DNA from: a virus
Virus genome (UHGV): UHGV-1373966
Strand: one strand, 5' to 3'
Length of the DNA: 44,365 nucleotides
Shown here in pieces: positions 36,993 through 44,365 of this stretch. Each line of letters begins with the position of its first letter. The stretch's first letter is position 1. The notes beneath the pieces are model-generated. The model was not told the DNA's origin. It saw nothing but the letters and a program-made list of their open reading frames with translations, and made no database searches. Both the position numbers and the translations under genes were made by a program.

Positions 36993-38859
36993 GTATTTTT
37001 ACCTCTGCCTTAATTTCGTTGGGAGAAAAGCTATAATTGTAGCTCTCAATAATGCCTGTGCGGTATCCATCGTAATCTGTATCAATCTTGACTTTCTGTC
37101 CTAATTTTTTTGTTCCAATAAGAACATCCCCCACCACATTTTCTGCTCGCTGATAATATGCATATACGCGGTCAAGCACTTGCTGCGCATTACCACTATA
37201 AACCAATGTTGCGTCTGTTACTTCACGGATGTTTTTATTAAATACAATATCTGGATTTTCTTTAAGGATTGATGTGGTGAGATGGTTGTATCTCTTACCA
37301 GTCAGTGTTACATTTCCACCAGTTCCAGTTATATAGGCATAGTTATCCCCGTGCTGACCAATGATTCCACCAGCTATGTCCAGACTGTGATAAGGCTCGC
37401 TAAAAATAATCTCTGCTGTTCCATTTAAAGTATCATTATATAATTCTTGCGCTTCATTAGATTTTTTATAAGTATGTACTGTCAGCCTGATTCCAGTAAC
37501 AATATCAGAATGCTCTAATGTAACACCGGAAAACACTTCATCCGGCAAGAATTCACCACTCAAAGCATTCTCCTGTGGATATATAACAATTCCATCATAA
37601 TTGCTTGTATCTGCAATAGCTCCAATAGCAAAGCATATGTATACTAATGCGTTTCTCTTTGTGGTATACGGTATGTATCCATAAAGCGGAATATCTGAAA
37701 ATGATTCATCCAATAAATAATTAAAATCTTCATTCTCAAATATTTTTTCTAATACTTCAGAAACCGGCTGGCCTGTATATATTCCTCCAGCGAACTCATT
37801 ACCATCCAATACACCCACTGCATCATGCGCGTCCATATGGTAATCTGTTTTGTTTTTTCTTGCGCCATTTTTTAGATAAAAATTCCCTATCAACTCTCCA
37901 TTAAAATACAGTGTAAGCTTCTGCTTTTTTTGCAAATCAAACGGTATATTAGATGTTGTTCTGACCGTAAAATTCAAAGTGTTGATACTTATGCTTTCTG
38001 ATATGGCATTGATTTCTTGCAAACAGTTTCTTTCCAATAATTCGTTGTCCAGAAAATCACGGTATATTCCATAATCTATTCTGGTAACAAATACTGGTCT
38101 TATTGGTTTTGATGTCTGTAAAAATGTGATTTCCAGCTTGTTATATCCTCTCACATAATTATTACAAAAATATCGCACTGAATCCGGGTAAAACTCCATA
38201 TCTGACAATAGATTATTATCCGAGTACCACTTAATTCTCATTCTGGTGCAATAATCGCCCGACATCATATTAAAAGTAAAAAGCAACCCTACACTAGTAA
38301 ATTTCTGATTAAATGTCACTGTTAACATGGGGGATTCAATCAACGTTTCAGTTGTTGATTTCGGGTATAAAAACATTCCTGGATGCAAACCCATTTGAGG
38401 TTTAAGCCCCTGGCTCTGCTTAACATACCCAAACAATCCCTGCTCATTTGATACTTCCGGGCTTATGTATCCGTAAGGAAGCGGATTATCTGGAAAATTA
38501 ATATACTTTCCATTTAGCAATGAAAATCTTGGAAAACATAAAGCGTATCCAGGATAAGAAATATCATCCCGCTTTAATTCCGGGAATTCTTGCTCTGTTA
38601 TCGTCCCGCGCGGATGTAAACCAGAGCCTGGATGAAGCCCTAATCTCGGTCTTAATCCAGGTCTTGTAATTGATGCTGTACTATTTTCTTTGGCATAAGG
38701 GGCCAGGTCGTCATAAACAATCTTTAATCCCTCAGTGTTCTGTTCTGCGTCAGATAATATGGATTGCTTTAAAAACACATCACGGCCTCCTCTGCGGCTC
38801 CATAGCGGTAAAGGTAATAGATAACCCGGTCCAATGGTTACGCTGCCCTTCTTTTCCAT
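36985..38859 (-). CDS. large tail protein (Tal/tail-tip, prophage-tail family-like) with GLHPG-type repeats
   Basis: 624 aa downstream of TMP/Dit; overlaps 38780..39190 in another frame. Confidence 0.45.
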   Translation of the reverse strand: MEKKGSVTIGPGYLLPLPLWSRRGGRDVFLKQSILSDAEQNTEGLKIVYDDLAPYAKENSTASITRPGLRPRLGLHPGSGLHPRGTITEQEFPELKRDDISYPGYALCFPRFSLLNGKYINFPDNPLPYGYISPEVSNEQGLFGYVKQSQGLKPQMGLHPGMFLYPKSTTETLIESPMLTVTFNQKFTSVGLLFTFNMMSGDYCTRMRIKWYSDNNLLSDMEFYPDSVRYFCNNYVRGYNKLEITFLQTSKPIRPVFVTRIDYGIYRDFLDNELLERNCLQEINAISESISINTLNFTVRTTSNIPFDLQKKQKLTLYFNGELIGNFYLKNGARKNKTDYHMDAHDAVGVLDGNEFAGGIYTGQPVSEVLEKIFENEDFNYLLDESFSDIPLYGYIPYTTKRNALVYICFAIGAIADTSNYDGIVIYPQENALSGEFLPDEVFSGVTLEHSDIVTGIRLTVHTYKKSNEAQELYNDTLNGTAEIIFSEPYHSLDIAGGIIGQHGDNYAYITGTGGNVTLTGKRYNHLTTSILKENPDIVFNKNIREVTDATLVYSGNAQQVLDRVYAYYQRAENVVGDVLIGTKKLGQKVKIDTDYDGYRTGIIESYNYSFSPNEIKAEVKIHE

Positions 38860-39190
38860 TCTTGTTGATTTTTATTTCATCATCCCCGCTTGTTATGTAT
38901 GCCTCAAACTCTTTGGTTTCCTGTCCATAAGGAAATACCATATCGTGAGACTCAACCGGAGCAGATATGATTTCATAAAACGTATCATAGTCAGCCGGAT
39001 TACTTCTTTCCGCATCAATATCAAGCGTATAATTGTAAAATGTACCAATGATATCCCGGTGCATCCGGTAAGACTGCAAACGTCCAGAATTTTCACTATC
39101 TGCGACCGAAAAATTTCGCTTTAAGGATTTTACCCATAGACGGAGGTTGACACCGTCTATGGTAAATACCCCGTTTCCATTCTGCGCCAT
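38780..39190 (-). CDS. distal tail protein (Dit) N-terminal-domain-like
   Basis: 136 aa immediately after TMP; ...FTIDGVNL... start typical of Dit. Confidence 0.4.
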   Translation of the reverse strand: MAQNGNGVFTIDGVNLRLWVKSLKRNFSVADSENSGRLQSYRMHRDIIGTFYNYTLDIDAERSNPADYDTFYEIISAPVESHDMVFPYGQETKEFEAYITSGDDEIKINKNGKEGQRNHWTGLSITFTAMEPQRRP

Positions 39191-41652
39191 TATACACTCC
39201 CCTCCGTTACCATCCTTACACCTACACGGTTCTTTTCGTTATTTCCGAATTTAACTACGAGCTGACCAAACCTTGTACCATCAAGTATTAGCTCTGCTTT
39301 GGCAATCTGATTTCCACCAGATATATTGCTTTCTGCCAGTGCTTCTTTAAGGGCTTGCTTCATAGTTGATAGCGGGGATACCACTTCCGTTTCACGGTTG
39401 TTGTCTCCCAAAATAGCCGCAAACATTCCAGCCCTGGGTGGTACTACTGTACCGGTTGCAAGCATTGGCATTTTGTATGGGACAGCAGCATAGGTAGACA
39501 TTGGATAAGCAGAACCAGAATAAGTTGAACTTCTTCTATTTGCGGATGATGCAATTCCTGCTATGGTAAATCCTGCGAACGCTGCCACACTTCCAGCTAC
39601 AGCAAGCGCTATAGGATCTTTTAATTGTGCTGCTATTACTGCAATTAACAAAGCAACCGTACCTGCTACTGCCAGTATTTTTGTTGCTAATTGTTCTCCC
39701 GGAGTCATTTTATCCCACGCTTTGGCAACTTGTGAAGATAAATATATGATGCTTCCAATAACTGCAACAATTGCCAAAAATGCAGCATTAGCAGGAGTTA
39801 ATGCACCTATTACTTTTTGTATCATTCCAACCAACCCACCTAAACTGCTTATTATTGAAGATATGCTATGAACCATGTTATACACACCAGTAACAAATTC
39901 AGCAAATTTCCATGCTGCAAAAAACGATAATACTACTAATGTAATATTTTCAACTAATTTTTGATTTCGATTAATCCAGTCAGAAAATTTATTAAGCCAT
40001 TCTACAATCATCTCTAATGCAGATATAATAACCTTACCTGTCCATTTACCCAATGGCTGCAAAAATTCTTCCCATAGCCACATTCCCAAAGGCTTAAGTG
40101 CATCAATCACACTATGTATTGCTTTTAATGCTGCCGCAATTAAATCAAATACTGCCGGCAATGCTTGTTCTATTCCCCATTTTGCAATAGGAAGCAATAC
40201 ATTGTTAAGAAACCACAATAATAAATTTCCAACATCTGATACAATGGGTTTTATAGCAATTAAAATCCTATCAAAGCTTTCCAGCAAAGGAGTAAAATCT
40301 AAATCCGCAGACCATTCTTTCAAACTTTCTGATGCCTGACGGAAAAATCCTGTTATTTCAAGAATGATATCCCCCAAGTGTCTTAAAATGTTTGTCCCGG
40401 TATCGCCAGATACCCATGCCTTATCAAAGTTGGTGACTAAATTTCCGACTGTATCAACCAGATTTGAAAATGTGATTAGTAAATCATCTGTTATTGCTTT
40501 CCCATATCCCTCTACGTTCCACACCTGCATGAATGATGCGCCCACATCACTTGCAAGTTGTTTAATAGCCGAGAAAGTATTTTGCAGTGATTTCATTACC
40601 TGTGGGCCATTTTCAAGCCATGATTCCTTGAGCGGGTCGAAAAGCTTTCCAAGCGTATTCTTTATTGCTTCTGCCTGCAACTTAATGTCATTGGATACTT
40701 CCTCTGTGGTAAACATATCCTCCGGCTTAAGTTCGTTCTTATCTTCTTTCTTTTTCTTCCCAGTTGTTATCTGTATCAGCTTATCAAATGGTGCTAATGC
40801 CTTTTCCGTTTCTTTGGCTGCATCTTTGGTTTCATCCTTCGTCTTGTCCAGGCTATCAGCATAATCTTGCTGTACCTTAACCGCTTTAACAAATGTATCC
40901 TTTCCGGTTAATGCTGCCAGCAGTTGCGCTGTCCAGGTAACGGCTTGGGATAGCAAATTAATGAACTGAGCCAGGGCTGGAGCTGCATACTCAACCAACG
41001 GGGAAAAGGCTGTGGCGAAAGAGTTTTTAAGCTGAGTCATACCGGACATCAGCATGGATAACGCCTTATTGGTATCATCCGAATACTGGGCCAGATTATC
41101 CATACCTTCTTTTAATCCGCTTGTTACTGCGGAAATGGAGCGGAATACAGTGCTAAATAAGATAGATGTTGCAAGCATTCGGCCCAACCCCATTCGTGCA
41201 CCGCGGGATGCTTTCTCAGTACCTTTTAAAGATTTATTGAGCTTACTTCCACTTTTGCTTGCTTTCTTTTGTTCATTATCAACACCGAGCAATTTTTTCT
41301 TATAATCCTGCATTGCTTTTTTCGCCCGCTGCAATCCTGCTAATGCTTTGTCGTATGGTGCATCTCCAAGTCCATAACCAGCCTTTTCGGCGTAATACAA
41401 TGCGTCCTTATACCGGTCCACTTCATCTTGCAAATTGCGTACACTCGGTGTAAGGCTTTGTATAGATTTCGAAGCAGATGAAAATGTATGTTTCATTATG
41501 CTTGGTATATCTTTAAAAGCCTGGGGCAGAAGCTTTATGTAATCCATCGTTCCAGACAGAGTTCTTTTAATATCTTCGCTTCCTGTTTTTGCACCATCCG
41601 TTTTGATTTTAGTATCTATTAATACAGTTCCATCAGGTTGCAAAAATATCAC
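39190..41652 (-). CDS. tail tape measure protein
   Basis: 820 aa; coiled-coil N-terminal half, multiple hydrophobic segments. Confidence 0.7.
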   Translation of the reverse strand: MIFLQPDGTVLIDTKIKTDGAKTGSEDIKRTLSGTMDYIKLLPQAFKDIPSIMKHTFSSASKSIQSLTPSVRNLQDEVDRYKDALYYAEKAGYGLGDAPYDKALAGLQRAKKAMQDYKKKLLGVDNEQKKASKSGSKLNKSLKGTEKASRGARMGLGRMLATSILFSTVFRSISAVTSGLKEGMDNLAQYSDDTNKALSMLMSGMTQLKNSFATAFSPLVEYAAPALAQFINLLSQAVTWTAQLLAALTGKDTFVKAVKVQQDYADSLDKTKDETKDAAKETEKALAPFDKLIQITTGKKKKEDKNELKPEDMFTTEEVSNDIKLQAEAIKNTLGKLFDPLKESWLENGPQVMKSLQNTFSAIKQLASDVGASFMQVWNVEGYGKAITDDLLITFSNLVDTVGNLVTNFDKAWVSGDTGTNILRHLGDIILEITGFFRQASESLKEWSADLDFTPLLESFDRILIAIKPIVSDVGNLLLWFLNNVLLPIAKWGIEQALPAVFDLIAAALKAIHSVIDALKPLGMWLWEEFLQPLGKWTGKVIISALEMIVEWLNKFSDWINRNQKLVENITLVVLSFFAAWKFAEFVTGVYNMVHSISSIISSLGGLVGMIQKVIGALTPANAAFLAIVAVIGSIIYLSSQVAKAWDKMTPGEQLATKILAVAGTVALLIAVIAAQLKDPIALAVAGSVAAFAGFTIAGIASSANRRSSTYSGSAYPMSTYAAVPYKMPMLATGTVVPPRAGMFAAILGDNNRETEVVSPLSTMKQALKEALAESNISGGNQIAKAELILDGTRFGQLVVKFGNNEKNRVGVRMVTEGSV

Positions 41653-41653
41653 C

Positions 41654-42211
41654 TCACTTTAGCAACTCTGCAAAATAATCAAATTCTTCTTTAGATTTGT
41701 CAGTGGATTTTTCAAGTTCACATAGCTTTTTATTATTCTGTAAAAACTCCTGCTCCCACTTTTCTAAGCGCTTCCCTTTTGACAGCTTCTGCCGGATAGA
41801 AAGGACCTGAGAAAACAATCCGTCCCCAATTTCCATGAACCATCCGTAGAAAGTCCACCAATGGATTATCTGGCATCCGCGTGTTTCAAACCCTGCAATC
41901 CTGTTAACCGCCGGGAAAATGATTCCTGCGTCCTGTTCCCAGTCAATCACACGAGGAGATGGAGTATCTTCATGCGCTACACCACAGTCAATAAACCATA
42001 ACGCCTTTTCTGCTGCTTCTGCTAAATCCTGCGGAGGCGGTATAACAGGCCAGTAAAGAATCTCAAGCATTGCCTGTGTTTTCTCTGGGTCAGATAATTC
42101 TTCATCGGCAAATGCTGACAAAATATCCAGTACCGCCCGGAAATCCTCACGGATTTCATAATTTATCCCATTAACAGGGAGATAATATGGGAGGGTCCAC
42201 GCCGCATTCAT
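41654..42211 (-). CDS. Gp15-family tail assembly protein (gpT-like position)
   Basis: 185 aa between the chaperone and TMP; ATGA overlap with the upstream gene. Confidence 0.45.
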   Translation of the reverse strand: MNAAWTLPYYLPVNGINYEIREDFRAVLDILSAFADEELSDPEKTQAMLEILYWPVIPPPQDLAEAAEKALWFIDCGVAHEDTPSPRVIDWEQDAGIIFPAVNRIAGFETRGCQIIHWWTFYGWFMEIGDGLFSQVLSIRQKLSKGKRLEKWEQEFLQNNKKLCELEKSTDKSKEEFDYFAELLK

Positions 42212-42693
42212 TTTACGGGAAATGGGTATTTTCCCGGACCGGCATTATACTCTTGTGTATATTTCCCGGCCTTACTTTCCATTTCCGTTAAATTCTTACC
42301 AGTTTCCTGCTCTATGATTTTTTTTACACTCTCAAGGATTACCAGTGCCCAAGGGTCGCCGTTTTCCATAGGGGTAAAGGGGCTGGCGATTTTGAAAAAT
42401 CCAGAAGTATCCGCATTAAACAGATAATCAAATTTATCTTGCAAAGACTTTGCATATCTGTTGATTGTATCTAATGAGAGTTCTTCTTTTTTCTTGCTAT
42501 CAAGAGTTTCTTTTAATTCCCTCCACATATCCTCAAATGCTTTATACACATTCTGCTGCCGTTCGAATATGTCAAGGTCTGACGGGACAATTTTCAGAGT
42601 TGCCAGTATATCTCCGTGCTGGTCTGTGAAATCATAATATTTAACCGGACTTTCGATTTTTATTGGTATATTAGGCACTCTTGTTTCCTCCAT
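42208..42693 (-). CDS. tail assembly chaperone (gpG-like)
   Basis: 161 aa acidic protein directly after the major tail gene. Confidence 0.45.
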   Translation of the reverse strand: MEETRVPNIPIKIESPVKYYDFTDQHGDILATLKIVPSDLDIFERQQNVYKAFEDMWRELKETLDSKKKEELSLDTINRYAKSLQDKFDYLFNADTSGFFKIASPFTPMENGDPWALVILESVKKIIEQETGKNLTEMESKAGKYTQEYNAGPGKYPFPVK

Positions 42694-43265
42694 TATTCTG
42701 ATAATGACGTAGGTTCTGCGCTGTCCGCAGTAAAGGTCATAGTTGATGGGTCCACTGCTCCAAGCGTCCTATCTCCTACGTAATGGACTGTATGGGTTGC
42801 CGAAACGCCTTTAAGTCCTCCAGCAAAATCTCCTAACTCGACCACGCCCTCTTGTACCCAGGCACGCATCTTTCCGTCGCTGTCAGTTTTGTATCGTTTG
42901 ACACAAAGATACTTCAAACGCAAATCAGACAGCGTTGCCCTTTCCTCCATTAGTGTGTCAATCTTCTGGGCATATTTACTTTCGCCGGATACATTTAACG
43001 GGTCTACCGTCATGCTCTCCGCATAACCGGTAATGTCGTAGTTGTTGTTTCCAAGCACATCCTGGCTTTCTTCTGTTTCTGGATTCATAGAAATAGGCAT
43101 ATCTTCTACACCTTTTCCGATAATCTCGATGGTGTCTTTTTTGATTGTTGATGCATTACCATCCATTACCCAAAACACCATAAAATCTTTTCTTTTTGCC
43201 TCTCCTTCGGCGTATGTCCATGTCGCCACTGCTTTTCTCCTTTCATGATAAAAAAATAGAGCCAT
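42693..43265 (-). CDS. major tail protein
   Basis: 190 aa, position before the chaperones; size typical. Confidence 0.55.
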   Translation of the reverse strand: MALFFYHERRKAVATWTYAEGEAKRKDFMVFWVMDGNASTIKKDTIEIIGKGVEDMPISMNPETEESQDVLGNNNYDITGYAESMTVDPLNVSGESKYAQKIDTLMEERATLSDLRLKYLCVKRYKTDSDGKMRAWVQEGVVELGDFAGGLKGVSATHTVHYVGDRTLGAVDPSTMTFTADSAEPTSLSE

Positions 43266-43296
43266 AGCTTAAGGCTCTGCGTCTTAGCGTCCGGCT

Positions 43297-43824
43297 CTAC
43301 CATCTTTCAAATTCATTTTTATATTCAACCGATACCGGAAGTATCCAGTCCTGCACGCCACCGTCCTGCGGTTCCAGGCTGTAAGAATTATCTCTGGTCA
43401 ATTTGGTTATTTTTCTTCCTTCCGACAATTCTGGATAAGCATTCAGCCGGTATAAAACACCATTAATCTCAACTGGTTCTTTGCACAACCATTTTCCAAA
43501 TGTGTCAAGAAATTCCTGTGTGTTAATTTTGGGCTTTTCTTTAGTTGCTGCAATGCGGTACACAATATAAAATGGATATTGGCATGTCTGATGAACAAAT
43601 CCCAATATATCTTCTGTTTCTGCAAATACCAGTGCTCCATTATCCGCAGAAAAAGCAATCCCACTGGTATCCTCCAATTGCTCAAATCGTACAATGTCAT
43701 ATGGAGACTGCTGATGGTCTAACCCAGGAAATTGATTAAGCAAAGCCTTTACTGCAATAGTTAATACATCATAACCACTTGCATCTTTCCCGATTGGTTT
43801 TCGTTCATCATCCACGTTTTCCAC
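43297..43824 (-). CDS. neck/tail-completion (minor capsid family) protein
   Basis: 175 aa upstream of the major tail protein. Confidence 0.4.
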   Translation of the reverse strand: MENVDDERKPIGKDASGYDVLTIAVKALLNQFPGLDHQQSPYDIVRFEQLEDTSGIAFSADNGALVFAETEDILGFVHQTCQYPFYIVYRIAATKEKPKINTQEFLDTFGKWLCKEPVEINGVLYRLNAYPELSEGRKITKLTRDNSYSLEPQDGGVQDWILPVSVEYKNEFERW

Positions 43825-44299
43825 CTCCAGCCGTTTTCTTGGCTTGCTTTATCCACTCTTTACCATCTGCTTTTTTGGCTGCATCAAACCATTTAGCCTG
43901 TGCCTTAGGGTGCGCTGTTTTGGTATACTGTAAATCTTCTTTTGCTTTGGTTTTTCCGCTATACTGGCTAACCAGCACTTTCTTTTCGCCTTTTTTTGCC
44001 CATGTACTGCCTGTCACTGGGCTAACCATCACCTTACCTTGATATAAAAACGGTCCAGCAGGTCCATAAGCAGCATATACTTTTCCGATTCCTTGTATCG
44101 CGGCACTTTCAGCTCTGGTAATATCAACAAAATCGCCGGATATCATAGGCATAAATGGCACCATACTATTCATTACATTTCCATCAAGCTCATACTGCGC
44201 ACGCTGGAATTGTTTATCAAATCGGGATAAATCAAGCTGTACTTTGATGTCAGCATCAATAATGGAAAAGCCTTTAAAATGTGTCGATTTACTTGTCAT
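43808..44299 (-). CDS. neck/minor capsid family protein
   Basis: ATG at 44299 (MTSKSTHFKGFSIID...); lysine-rich C-terminus; preceded by TAG at 44301..44303 of an upstream ORF. Confidence 0.4.
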   Translation of the reverse strand: MTSKSTHFKGFSIIDADIKVQLDLSRFDKQFQRAQYELDGNVMNSMVPFMPMISGDFVDITRAESAAIQGIGKVYAAYGPAGPFLYQGKVMVSPVTGSTWAKKGEKKVLVSQYSGKTKAKEDLQYTKTAHPKAQAKWFDAAKKADGKEWIKQAKKTAGGGKRG

Positions 44300-44365
44300 A
44301 CTACTTACCCAATATCTCAAAGTGAGGAATCACAGAGTATGGACCTCCAACAGAGGATACCAAAT

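Overview
The window looks like a complete, circularly permuted temperate siphovirus genome (about 44.4 kb) of a low-GC Gram-positive host, probably Firmicutes. The likely host comes from several features: Cys-rich KTR, YjcZ-like and choline-binding-repeat domains, strong GGAGG ribosome-binding sites, and AT-rich accessory genes. Almost all genes are on the minus strand and are collinear in the canonical order if the two ends of the window are joined. The order from right to left (window coordinates, minus strand) is as follows.
- Lysogeny and early genes: integrase (+), ImmA/XRE immunity pair (+) and cro-like gene, then an early/replication region (Cas6-like gene, replisome organiser with internal iterons, Rad52-like annealing protein, DUF968-HNH, Lar anti-restriction, HAD, ASCH).
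- A second module: a tRNA-like element plus a second tyrosine recombinase.
- Packaging and head: small terminase, large terminase (interrupted by a group I intron that carries an HNH homing endonuclease), portal, head-morphogenesis protein, an accessory block (two inverted paralogous Cys-rich Zn-ribbon/AP2-like genes bracketing low-complexity spore-protein-like ORFs, a sigma-like regulator, two phage tRNAs), scaffold, major capsid, connector.
- Window edge, then: neck proteins, major tail protein, chaperones, tape measure, Dit/Tal, fibre-like proteins, endolysin (M15 peptidase plus cell-wall-binding repeats).
- The endolysin sits directly next to the integrase and a repeat-rich candidate attP.

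Unusual items are the orphan Cas6/RAMP-like gene, a type-II-shaped tRNA with a UUG anticodon, an antisense H-type-lectin gene inside the tail-fibre region, an AT-rich two-gene membrane cassette at the int/immunity junction, and the low-complexity accessory block.

All calls come from reading the sequence and the ORF translations by eye. No database search was run.
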